A stretch of DNA of 64,000 nucleotides from the NCBI GenBank assembly GCA_965112735.1, contig OZ218953.1, positions 3,410,001-3,474,000 on the forward strand, written 5' to 3'. The translations under genes were made by a program, and so were the position numbers. Shown here piece after piece: positions 25,535 to 36,089 of the stretch. The notes beneath the pieces are model-generated. The model did no database searches. It was not told the origin of the DNA and saw nothing but the letters and a program-made list of their open reading frames with translations. Position 1 is the stretch's first letter. Each line of letters begins with the position of its first letter. The stretch comes from Phaeosaccion multiseriatum. Taxonomy: Eukaryota > Protista > Ochrophyta, other classes.

Positions 25535-25802
25535 GCTTTTACAGTCAGACTGGTGGTGTGAGATGGGTTGAAACGGGGTGGGGTGAGACGGGGCGACTAC
25601 AATGGTAGACCCCGCCCTGACACTGTATACGCATGCACTCGTATGCCTCCGCCTCCGCAGTTGACCACCTTCCTGCGGAATGACCTTCATTAAGCGAGGG
25701 GGGGGGGGTGGTGTACGTCGACTTGGAGCCTCTCGGACAAGTTCGGACCTTCCCCCCTCGAGAGCACATTACGGAGCTCGTCATGGAGCTCCAGGGAGAT
25801 TG

Positions 25803-25897
25803 CTACTATTACTACTACTGCTACTACTACTGCTACTACTACTACTACTGCTACTATTACTACTACTGCTACTACTACTACTACTACTACTACTACT

Positions 25898-25929
<32 letters not shown>

Positions 25930-25988
25930 GCTACTACTACCTACTACTCCTCTTCTACTAGTGCTACAACTACTAGTACTTCTACTAC
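25803..25988. repeat. (CTA)n microsatellite
   Basis: Direct inspection of the sequence. Confidence 0.95.
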
Positions 25989-26110
25989 TGGCTGCTCCTG
26001 GTCCGGTAGCACTCGGGACGCGAGCGCAGGCAGATGAGAGATGTGGGAAGGGCCTTCTTGCCTCCTTCAGAAGAAGACGATTCGAGGGAGAGAGAGAAGT
26101 TGAATGTATT

Positions 26111-26510
26111 TCAATCATCCAAAGCCTCGCCATGTCCGTACCCATACTCTGCCCTCGGGTCGTCCATCTTCTTTGGAGAGAACCTGAGCTGGACGCCCTC
26201 CGTGGCGACGTTGATGGCCTTGGTGAGGTTGACGACATCCTCGATGGTTCTCCACTGCAGCCTGCAGCAGGGGTCCAGGATCCGCCCGTCCTTGGCCTTG
26301 AGAAGCTTCTTGGGGACGTAGATGCACTCCTCTGCTGTCGTCCTGTTGAGGGGCTTGTCTGTGAGCTTGGGCACCGCCCACACGAGAAGCCGACGCCAGA
26401 AGTCGAGCTCACCCCAGTCCGTGGAGAAGAGCGCGAAAACGGCCCGCCGCCGGCCTATTGGCTTCCTCCCGTCCTTGCCCTTGCGCTTCTTGAGACTGCC
26501 GATGTGACCG
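26111..26510 (-). pseudogene. Unidentified coding-like fragment truncated at a MITE
   Basis: Open frame of normal composition (KKRKGKDGRKPIGRRRAVFALFSTDWGELDFWRRLLVWAVPKL...HGEALDD*). No family recognised. Confidence 0.35.
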
Positions 26511-26518
26511 TCTCCTAT

Positions 26519-26609
26519 TCAACCCCTGATGCACTATCCGCTATCCGCTATCGGCCGGCGGCCGATAGCGCACTATCGAGAATGTGGGCGGTAGTGCATC
26601 AGGGGTCGA
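26519..26609. mobile_element. Small MITE-like element (GATAGC-rich family)
   Basis: TIRs tcaacccctgatgcacta / tagtgcatcaggggtcga. The interior is shared with 60533-60646. Confidence 0.65.
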
Positions 26610-27415
26610 TTACTCATACGTCTTATATTTTATCCTCACGCAGGGAGCGAGGGAAGGAAGTAGTATTTCTTCGACTAGCTCCTTGATACATGCTCCAGAA
26701 AGGCGCCGAGCAACACGGACTGGCAGTCTATTGACATTGAGGCGGCCGGCAAAAGGTGTCTCTTGCCCTGCACAAAGACATGCGTGCACGCACGCACCAG
26801 CGACGGCGGGCGCGTTTCCGACCAAGGCGAGCAGCAGCAAGGGGCAGAAGAGTCGCTAGTGCGCCAGAGCGGCTGGGTTCTCTCTCTCTCTCTCTGGATG
26901 GATGGAGCTGCCCACGGCCTTCCTACACACACCTTCATGTCATGAAAGCGTACAACGCGCTGCCCCCGGCCTGGTAGTGGAAAGGATGGCAGCTGATAGC
27001 GCCACCTGCTCCTCCGGGGATGCGTCCTCTCACTCCGTCCGCGACGCCCAAGCAAGGTCGGGGTGGTGCTCTGCCCCTGACCCATATGCCCTCTACCGCC
27101 CCTTGACCCATGCAACTCCTTGGTGCGGCACGTGCTCCACATCCAGCGACTCTGACAGGGGCAAGAAGGTCTCTCTACCCCTTTGGGGGCTCATTCATTC
27201 GCTCCTCAACTGCGGCAGTGCCTACGCGTTGGTACTACTTGGTGTCTACTGTTGGTCCTAATGGTCTGCTGCTGGTCCTCCGCAACGGTACTGCCTGGTG
27301 TCCACTGTTGGTCCTACTTACTCACCTTACCTTGTGGTCGCGCGTCTCGTTGCAGTTGCACAGCAGAGACCGATCAAAAGAGGGCGAGGGCCTGGAAGGA
27401 AGATGGGATGGACGG

Positions 27416-28833
27416 AAGGAAGGAGGGAGCGGAGGGGAGAGAGGGGAGGGGGGGTGGGTGGGTGGGAGGGAGGGAGTGAGTGAGGGAGGGAGGGAGGGGA
27501 GGGAGGGAGGGAAGGGAGGGAGGGGAGGGAGGGAGGGAAGGGAGGGAGGGAGGGAAGGAAGGGGAGGGAGGGAAAGAGGGAGGGAAGAAGGGAGGGAGGG
27601 AGGGAGGGAGGGAGGGAAGGAAGGGGAGGGAGGGAAAGAGGGAGGGAGGGAGGGAGGGAGGGAGGGAAGGAAGGGGAGGGAGGGAAAGAGGGAGGGAGGA
27701 AGGGAGGGAGGGAGGGAGGGAGGGAGGGAAGGAAGGGGAGGGAGGGAAAGAGAGAGGGAGGAAGGGAGGGAGGGAGGGAGGGAGGGAGGGAGGGAGGGAG
27801 GGAAGGAAGGGGAGGGAGGAAGGGAGGAAGGAAGGAAGGAAGGAAGGAAGGAAGGAAGGAAGGAAGGAAGGAAGGAGGGAAGGAAGGAAGGAAGGAAGAA
27901 GGGTGGGTGGCAGGGAGGGAGGGAGGGAGGGAGGGAGAAAGGGTGGGTGGCAGGGAGGGAGGGAGGGAAGAAGAGGGAGGGCGGGAGGGAAGAATAGGGA
28001 GGGCGGGAGGGAGGGAAAGAGGCTGGGAGGGAAGAAGAGGGAGGGAGGGAGGGAGGGAAGGAGGGAGGGAGAGAGGGAGGGAGGGAGGGAGGGAGAAAGG
28101 GTGGGTGGGAGGGAGGAAGGAAGGGATGGATGGATGGATGGAGGGAGGGATGGAGGGAGGGAGGGAGGGAGGGAGGGAGGGAGGGAAGGAGGGAAGGAAG
28201 GAGGGAGGGAGGCAGGGAGGGAGGGAGGGAGGGAGGGAGGGAGGGAGGGAGGGAGGGAGGGAGGGAGGGAGGGAGGGAGGGAGGGAGGGAGGGAGGGAGG
28301 GAGGGAGGGAGGGAGGGAGGGAGGGAGGGAGGGAGGGAGGGAGGGAGGGAGGGAGGGAGGGAGGGAGGGAGGGAGGGAGGGAGGGAGGGAGGGAGGGAGG
28401 GAGGGAGGGAGGGAGGGAGGGAGGGAGGGAGGGAGGGAGGGAGGGAGGGAGGGAGGGAGGGAGGGAGGGAGGGAGGGAGGGAGGGAGGGAGGGAGGGAGG
28501 GAGGGAGGGAGGGAGGGAGGGAGGGAGGGAGGGAGGGAGGGAGGGAGGGAGGGAGGGAGGGAGGGAGGGAGGGAGGGAGGGAGGGAGGGAGGGAGGGAGG
28601 GAGGGAGGGAGGGAGGGAGGGAGGGAGGGAGGGAGGGAGGGAGGGAGGGAGGGAGGGAGGGAGGGAGGGAGGGAGGGAGGGAGGGAGGGAGGGAGGGAGG
28701 GAGGGAGGGAGGGAGGGAGGGAGGGAGGGAGGGAGGGAGGGAGGGAGGGAGGGAGGGAGGGAGGGAGGGAGGGAGGGAGGGAGGGAGGGAGGGAGGGAGG
28801 GAGGGAGGGAGGGAGGGAGGGAGGGAGGGAGGA
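27416..28833. repeat. 1.4-kb polypurine (GGGA)n/(GGAA)n tract; ~600 bp is perfect GGGA
   Basis: Direct inspection of the sequence. Confidence 0.97.
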
Positions 28834-29023
28834 GACGGGGTGGGGTGAGGTACAGTGACCACGGTAGAGATAAGCGCGTTGCTTCGATTCAAGGGCGGGG
28901 AAGGAACCCACATCTCTCGCTTGCACAGAGACAAGAGAGAACCCGATGAGGGATGAGAGCAGCCCGACGGGCCCACCTATAGTGCTGCCTTTGCGCTGCC
29001 ATCCTTCCCTCCCGTGCTCACCT

Positions 29024-29572
29024 CTTTCCTCTCCCTGAGGAGATTCATGATAAAACGGCGTATTTTTGTCCCTTCCCGCCAGCGGAATGTGCTTCATGCA
29101 GGAATGACGCATGTCACTCCATCCCCGGAGTCGATGACCGTCGCCCCGTCAAAGTCCGTTCTGACACCTGGTATTGGTTCTTGTATTCAAGTCAACAAAA
29201 CAAGTCAGGAGGGAGGGAGGAGAGGAGGCATGGATTAGGCTTGGCTTTCGGCTGCTCTCTCTCTCTCTCTGTTACGCATACACCTCCCTATGCCCTCGAG
29301 ATGTACCTATGCCCTCACTACTACTATCCACCATGCCACATATACCCGCAATGAGGCAACGACTCCATCACTACGCCTAACCTTGTCGCTCCCTTTCCCT
29401 CACCTTCTTGGAGCTCCACGACGCCGCCAGAGCCATGAGGGCTTGCACGGCAATGTACAAACCAGGCACGTTGAAGGTCTCAAACATGATCTCAGTGGTG
29501 TAGCTCCTCTTGGTTCTCGGGGGCTCAGGCGCACACTTGAGGTACTTGAAGAGGCACTGCCACCATAACCTT
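29024..29572 (-). pseudogene. ARP3: Decayed two-exon fragment of actin-related protein 3
   Basis: [46 protein letters not shown] | intron | VSERTLTG.TVIDSGDGVTCVIP..MKHIPLAGRD..FIMNLLRER. Internal deletions and frameshifts. Confidence 0.9.
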
Positions 29573-31164
29573 TTTGTGTACACATGTATAACATTACATG
29601 TTGGGCAGTGGATTGAAGTGCATGATGCCCGTGTATATGGTAGAGCGCCCCTACTCCTGCGTCTCAGGCACATTGTCATCTCGGGAAGGAAGGAGTGGGG
29701 TGTGGTGAGCGCCGCACCTCCATCTCTACCCATTTTACACTCTCTACCTCGCCCGCTGCCTTGTTGGTAACGCCCGCCTAACTGCTAGTGCTGGTGCTGC
29801 TGTGCTTCTTACGCTCTCTCAGCGTGCACTGGCTGCTGTATGTATCACCAACGCCTTGTGAAGCAAAAGCGTTGCTCCGCTGTCACCGAATGCGCACACA
29901 CGGGACGTGCCTCGAATGTATCTGACTACTTGTCCGTGCAGAGGGTCAGTAGCCGGAATGGTGTCCGAAGGACAGACAGAGTGAGCGGGAGAGAGTCCCA
30001 AGGAGAGGGCCATCCTTCCCCCTTCTGCAGCCACTCCAGCTATGCGGTGGCTCACCTTCTTTCGGCCTTCAGGGATGCGGCTGCAGCACAACACCCTGTT
30101 GGATTAACAAAGGTAACAAAAACAGGGGGGGTTAGGAGAGCGAGATCGAATTCCTTTCTTTCAAGCTTCGACGATCGTATCGGTGACTAGAAGCACAGCA
30201 GGACAAGCAGTAGCAGCACCAGTGGCAGCGAATCCAGCAGCACCAGGAGGAGCCAAACCGAAGTCGAGGGTGGCGAGGACCAAAACGGGTCCACGTCCAC
30301 CAACGATACCAGCCAGCACAAGCAAGAGACGAAGCAGCAACATACGCGACCAAGAGGGGCTCTCCCGTGAAGTCTCTCACCTTGCTTGCTTGTCGGTCCG
30401 TCTCTGCCCCGTGAATCCCACCGCGCTGGCTGGAGATGGTGTATAACGAGCTATCGCTATAGCAGGTATAGTGCCCACGGGTCAAGGAGAGACACGGGTT
30501 GAGACGTGGAAAACAAATAACGGATGGACTGCTGCTGTTGTTGTGGAGTGCCAGCGTTCTTCTTGCAGTTATCTACAGCAGTACATCTCGCGGGAAAAAA
30601 TAAATAAACCATTCCCAGTATGCCAACGATTATTACTTTTACCGACAACCGCTCTAGAAAACTAAAAACCCGCGCTAGATGTTTGAGAGATGACGGGCCT
30701 TCGAAGCCCGCGCTAGATGTTTGAGAGATGACAAGCCTGCACTACTGCCTGCCTGTCTGAGGCCAACCTACTTGGGCGCTAGATCGAAGATGAGAATTGC
30801 AGCGTTAGAACCCTTGATTTTCTCTCAGCCACTCACCTTACTCACCTTTATTAAGCAATGCAAGCTGCTACAGACCGTGCCGCAAAGGCCCTCTCGTGGA
30901 GGCCCTCACGGGGGAGAGGCAGGCGAAGGCGGATGAGCTTGGCTGCTACAAGCAGCAGAAGGAGGAGCTCTTGAGTCAGCTGTCCGATCTCTCCTCGTAA
31001 CGTGGTCCAGCAGCAGGACCACGTTTTCTTCAGCAGGACCACGTTCCGAGGAGAGATCGGAAAGCTCTCGCATGATAAAAACGAGTCCGAAGTGGAGATC
31101 GGAAGGCTGAAGCAGAAGGTAAGCAGCCTAGAGGCTCGCGTGAATTGCAGCGTTAGAACGATTC

Positions 31165-31467
31165 TTAGAACCCTTGATTTTCTCTCACTCACCTTACTCA
31201 CTCACCTTTATTAAGCAATGCAAGCTGCTACAGACCGTGCCGCAAAGGCCCTCTCGCGGAGGCCCTCACGGGGGAGAGGCAGGCGAAGGCGGATGAGCTT
31301 GGCTGCTACACTTCTGCTGCGTGTAGCAGCCAAGCTCATCCGCCTTCGCCTGCCTCTCCCCCGTGAGGGCCTCCGCGAGAGGGCCTTTGCGGCACGGTCT
31401 GTAGCAGCTTGCATTGCTTAATAAAGGTGAGTGAGTAAGGTGAGTGAGAGAAAATCAAGGGTTCTAA
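31165..31467. repeat. Palindrome P1: 147-bp arms, 9-nt loop
   Basis: 31165-31311 is the reverse complement of 31321-31467. Confidence 0.95.
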
Positions 31468-31635
31468 CGCTGCAATTCTCAAGAGCTTAGCTCCCGTGTC
31501 CAGCGACTTCACGCGAGCCTCTAGGCTGCTTACCTTCTGCTTCAGCCTTCCGATCTCCACTTCGGACTCGTTTTTATGATGCTTCAGCTGTCCGATCAGC
31601 TCCCGTGTCCAGCGACTTCACGCGAGCCTCTAGGC

Positions 31636-31927
31636 CTCCTTCTGCTGCTTGTAGCAGCCAAGCTCATCCGCCTTCGCCTGCCTCTCCCCCGTGAGGGCCT
31701 CCGCGAGAGGGCCTTTGCGGCACGGTCTGCAGCAGCTTGCATTGCTTAATAAAGGTGAGTGAGTAAGGTGAGTGAGAGAAAATCAAGGGTTCTAGCTTAC
31801 TCACTCACCTTTATTAAGCAATGCAAGCTGCTACAGACCGTGCCGCAAAGGCCCTCTCGCGGAGGCCCTCACGGGGGAGAGGCAGGCGAAGGCGGATGAG
31901 CTTGGCTGCTACAAGCAGCAGAAGGAG
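31636..31927. repeat. Palindrome P2: 132-bp arms, 28-nt loop
   Basis: 31636-31767 vs 31796-31927; 1 mismatch seen. Confidence 0.95.
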
Positions 31928-31938
31928 GAGCTCTTGAG

Positions 31939-32256
31939 GATGGCTTGTGCTTGGCCAAGCGCAGCTTCCAGCTGCCCCAACTGGTGTGCTGCCGCGGTCC
32001 ATTCTTTAGCCGCGTCCAGCGACTTCACCCGAGCCTCTAGGCTGCTTACCTGCTGCTGCAGCCTTTTGTGCGTTACTCGGTGATCGGAAAGCTCTCGCAT
32101 GATAAAAACGAGTCCGAAGGGGAGATCGGAAGGCTGAAGCAGAAGGTAAGCCGCCTAGAGGCTCGCGTGAAGTCGCTGGACACGGCTATAGAATGGACCG
32201 CGGCAGCACACCAGTTGGGGCAGCTGGAAGCTGCGCTTGGCCAAGCACAAGCCATC
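31939..32256. repeat. Palindrome P3: 127-bp arms, 64-nt loop
   Basis: 31939-32065 vs 32130-32256; about 6 mismatches. Confidence 0.92.
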
Positions 32257-32727
32257 GTGGACGAAGCACTGGTAGAGTATCGCCAAATACTCCGGCGGTC
32301 TCCAACAAGTTCAGTAGAGAGCAACAAGCGCAAGAAATGCGGAGGGGTCGAGGAGGAGGAGGAGGAGGAGGAGGAGGAGGAGGAGGAGGAGGAGGAGGAG
32401 GAGGAGGAGGAGGAGGAGGAGGAGGAGGAGGAGGAGGAGGAGGAGGAGGAGGAGGAGGAGGAGGAGGGGGAGAAGGAGGTGTGGTGGAGCTGGGTTAGGC
32501 TCAAATACGTATTATTAGGTAGGCAGGACAGTAAGTCAATGATGTAGGGACGCGGCCTTTTGGGGCCTGGTTGGCCCCTCCGCACTCCTGAACCCGTAAA
32601 GACCAATTGGATTGCTTCCTTAAACAAGGGAGCTGTCCAGGGTCTTAGGGTGGGAAAGCCCTAGACATTAATACACTTGGTGCCAGCATTGGACTCTTCT
32701 CTCTCCCTCTTGGGCCTGGAACGGAGC

Positions 32728-32765
32728 GCTCTGCACGCGAGAGTTCGAATCTCCCGACGTTGCCA
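32728..32765 (+). other. 3' half of a mature tRNA-Ser(GCU)-like sequence with CCA (extended primer-binding site, not a tRNA gene)
   Basis: gctctgcacgc (variable arm) gagag ttcgaat ctc-c (T-arm) cgacgtt g cca. No D-arm or anticodon arm upstream. Confidence 0.75.
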
Positions 32766-32767
32766 TA

Positions 32768-33006
32768 TGTGGGGCCGGTACCTCCCTCGATTAAGAGGAG
32801 GAAGGCACCCCCAAGCTGAGCGCTCCGTTCCGGGCCCAAGAGGGAGAGAGAAGAGTCCAATGCTGGCACCAAGTGTATTAATGTCTAGGGCTTTCCCACC
32901 CTAAGACCCTGGACAGCTCCCTTGTTTAAGGAAGCAATCCAATTGGTCTTTACGGGTTCAGGAGTGCGGAGGGGCCAACCAGGCCCCAAAAGGCCGCGTC
33001 CCTACA
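32768..33006 (-). mobile_element. 239-bp 5' LTR (family B) followed by a PBS
   Basis: The minus strand runs TGTAGGG...CCCCACA, then TA, then TGGCAACG... A partial inverted copy lies at 32543-32731. Confidence 0.7.
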
Positions 33007-33407
33007 TCATTGACTTACTGTCCTGCCTACCTAATAATACGTAATTGAGCCTAACCCAGCTCCACCACAGAGGAGAGGAGGAGGAGGAGGAAGAAGAAGA
33101 AGGAGAAGAAGAAGAAGGAGGAGGAGGAGGAGGAGGAGGAGGAGGAGAAGGAGGAGGAGGAGGAGGAGGAGGAGGAGGAGGAGGAGGAGGAGGAGGAGGA
33201 GGAGGAGGAGGAGGAGGAGGAGGAGGAGGAGGAGGAGGAGGAGGAGGAAGAGAAGGAGGAGGAGGAGGAGGAGGAGGAGGAGGAGGAGGAGGAGGAGGAG
33301 GAGAAGGAGTTGAAAAGGGAAGTGGTCGCTGTCCAGAGGGGAGGAGTTGGAAGGTGGTGCACATTGGCGTAGTGGCACCATTGGCGGTAGTAGCGGGGGC
33401 GAGGTAG

Positions 33408-33949
33408 TGTGCTGTCTGGGTCTAGGTCGATATCGATACTTGCCCGGGGTTAAAATAGGGCTACGTCAGTATTGGTGTCAGGACCTCTTTTCTGGAATGT
33501 CCTTTGGACTTCCACTTTCCTTTCTTTTATTCAACAAGGTACCTCGCTCGACGAGCAGGCTACAAGATTATAATAGGAGGCTTCACACATTGGCACAGAG
33601 CCTGTGGAGTATTCTCTAAACCCCTTGTAGAGCTTGTGGGCACAGCATAGTTTATATAAACAAATAAACAGTGGGCACAGCATAGTTTATACATAGTTTA
33701 TATAAACTATGCTGTGCCCACAAGCTCTACAAGGGGTTTAGAGAATACTCCACAGGCTCTGTGCCAATGTGTGAAGCCTCCTATTATAATCTTGTAGCCT
33801 GCTCGTCGAGCGAGGTACCTTGTTGAATAAAAGAAAGGAAAGTGGAAGTCCAAAGGACATTCCAGAAAAGAGGTCCTGACACCAATACTGACATAGCCCT
33901 ATTTTAACCCCGGGCAAGTATCGATATCGACCTAGACCCAGACAGCACA
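33408..33949. repeat. Palindrome P5: 254-bp arms made of two copies of the ~240-bp TGCTGT...ACAGCA element, 34-nt loop
   Basis: 33408-33661 vs 33696-33949; 1 mismatch seen. The loop is a re-copy of arm sequence. Confidence 0.95.
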
Positions 33950-35265
33950 GTAGAGGGCCATGGGCAGGTTCGGTTCGGTCGGGGAGAAGGACACGAGCAA
34001 CTTGAAGCAGCAGTGAAGGGCATCTGGACGAGCCTTTAAGTAAGAATACATTGACTTTCAATTCACAGCGGTTGTGTACGTCCCCGGGACAGTACCGGAC
34101 CGAGACTATACTACCTGCCTCCGCCCACTTTCTCTACTTAGTTTCGTGAGCGTTTACGCGTGTCCTCTGTCTCTCCTCACACCACGCCAAGCTATACTTA
34201 GCAGGGGGGGATAGCTTCGCCACGTCAGTCACTTCTTACACACCCTCCATCTATGTCGCTTTACTGCACCCACCAAGTCATCTAGTCTAGCCCGGAGGCG
34301 CCCTCCTTCGTCTTGGGCCCAGCCTAGTCCGTCCACCCCCCTGTTCGACTGTCGCCCCCCATCCTGTCCAGCTACTCCGTCGAACCTGCTCACCACTTGC
34401 TCATGGACGGGGGCGGAGTCCATGCGAGAGCACGCAGACAGTAGCAAATGACGCGGGCCCCCATAGAGAAGCCCACCAGGGTCACGGGCCGGCCGGGTGC
34501 CTGTTGCCCGGGGAAAGGGGAAGGCGTGTCATGACGTAGGCACAGGCACAGCCAAGGCACAGGGGACGGGAGGGGAGCGAAGGGCCCGGGGGCCGGGGGG
34601 CGGGGGCGGGCGGTGGATGGTTAGGTCAGGGTAGGGTAGGTCACAGGGGTGGTCAGATTTGGGTCACAGGGGGGGGGAAGCGACGCTGCCCGGGCGGGGG
34701 GGGGGGGCATCATTGCAGCCTAACAAGCACAGCGTTGGAACAAGTTCCTCCCCCTCAAGGCACAGAGAGAGAGGGAGATAGACAGGGGGAGAGAGATGGA
34801 CAGGGAGAGAGGGAGAGAAAGGGAGAGAGAGAGGTAGACAGGGAGAGACAGAGAGAAAGAGAGGGAGAGAGAGAAAGAGGGAGAGAGAGACGGGGGGGGG
34901 GACAGAGACAGGAAGGGGAGAGAGACAGGAAGAGAGAGAGAGAGAGAGAGAGAGGGACAGGAGGGGAAGAGAGAGAGAGAGAGAAAGAGAGAGAGAGTCC
35001 CCTCTCTCAAGGCGCAGAGGAGGTGCAGGAGGTCGGGCAAGGGACAAGGTTCCCTAAATACGGCCCAAGCACAAGCACACACGCACACGCACACGCACAC
35101 ACACCACACACCCCATCATACCTCTGGCCCTAGAGAGCAGAACTATGGCGAGGAGCCTGCCCGCCTCGCTCCTTGGCCCGCCGCGTGGCCTTGGCCCAGG
35201 GGTTGTCCAGCCCCGCAGCCATCTATACACGTTGGTCATACAGATACAGACAGCCACAACAGGGT

Positions 35266-35625
35266 TGATGAGGGTGAGGGTGAGGGTGGGGGTGGCTGAG
35301 GGTGAGGGTAAGGGCCAAGGTGAGGATGAGGACGAGGGTGAGGATGAGGGTGAGGGTGATGGTGAGGGTGAGGGTGGGGGTGACGGTGAGGGTGACGGTG
35401 AGGGTGAGGGTGGGGTGAGGATGTGGGTGACTGGTTGAGGGTGAGGGTGAGGGTGAGGGCAGAAGTGAGGGTGGAAGTGAGGGTGGAAGTGAGGGTGAGG
35501 GTGAGAGTGTGGGTGAGGGTGACGGTGACGGTGAGGGTGAGGATGAGGATGAGGGTGACGATGAGGGTGACGATGACGATGACGATGAGGGTGAGGGTGT
35601 GGGTGAGAGCGAGGGGGAGGGTGAG
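35266..35625 (+). repeat. Degenerate (TGAGGG)n telomere-variant-like tract
   Basis: Direct inspection of the sequence. Confidence 0.85.
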
Positions 35626-36089
35626 AATCTGGACTCGAATTCGAGCCAAGGAGCGCGCTATTCGCACACATCAATAGCTGCTAGCGGGTCGGCGCGATAA
35701 GCAATAGCTTATAGTGCGCCGGCTGCTGGCGCCATCCGCGCAATAGTCACGTTGGGGGGGGGGGAATTACCTGATGGCGGGTTCAATAGCTGGTAGCGCG
35801 TCGGCTGCGCCGGCGAATAGCTGATAGCGATAGCTCAGTAGCGCGTCAGGGCAATTGGCTGGCTGGGTGGGGTTAACCGGGGGGGGACCCGGCCGGAGGT
35901 GTCGGATTTTCTTTCCTTAGAAAACGTCATTGTCTTCAAGTACCCTTGAGCATACCTCCACAGTCCACGAAATCGAAGCTGGGCACTGGGGCCTACAGAG
36001 CAGCGTGCTCCTCCCACCACAAACCTCCTTCCTCACCTTCCACCTAGCATGCCATTGACCAGGTCGACGAGCCTGAGCGTTTAATACCT

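Larger units (their letters stand above)
30780..32479. pseudogene. Scrambled coiled-coil gene fragment present as five alternating-orientation copies
   Basis: An acceptor-like site plus LAEALTGERQAKADELGCY and EIGRLKQKVSSLEARVKSLD segments recur at ~30795(+), 31165(+), 31321(-), 31636(-) and 31796(+). Confidence 0.6.
32480..33069. repeat. Palindrome P4: 252-bp arms, 86-nt loop, bracketed by (GAG)n tracts
   Basis: 32480-32731 vs 32818-33069; 2 mismatches seen. Confidence 0.95.

Noticed and set aside
25680-26037. Poly-Leu/Tyr/Thr ORFs
   Set aside because: Translations of the (CTA)n microsatellite.
27322-29112. Long ORFs (up to 596 aa) of PPSL/GGRE repeats
   Set aside because: Artefacts of the stop-free (GGGA)n tract.
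31211-31421. Identical 67-aa ORFs on both strands (also the 75-aa and ~100-aa pairs at 32.6-34.0 kb)
   Set aside because: A consequence of the palindromes, not evidence of genes.
32690-32765. Functional tRNA-Ser gene
   Set aside because: The 5' half (acceptor 5' strand, D-arm, anticodon) is absent, CCA is encoded, and the T-stem has a 1-nt deletion.
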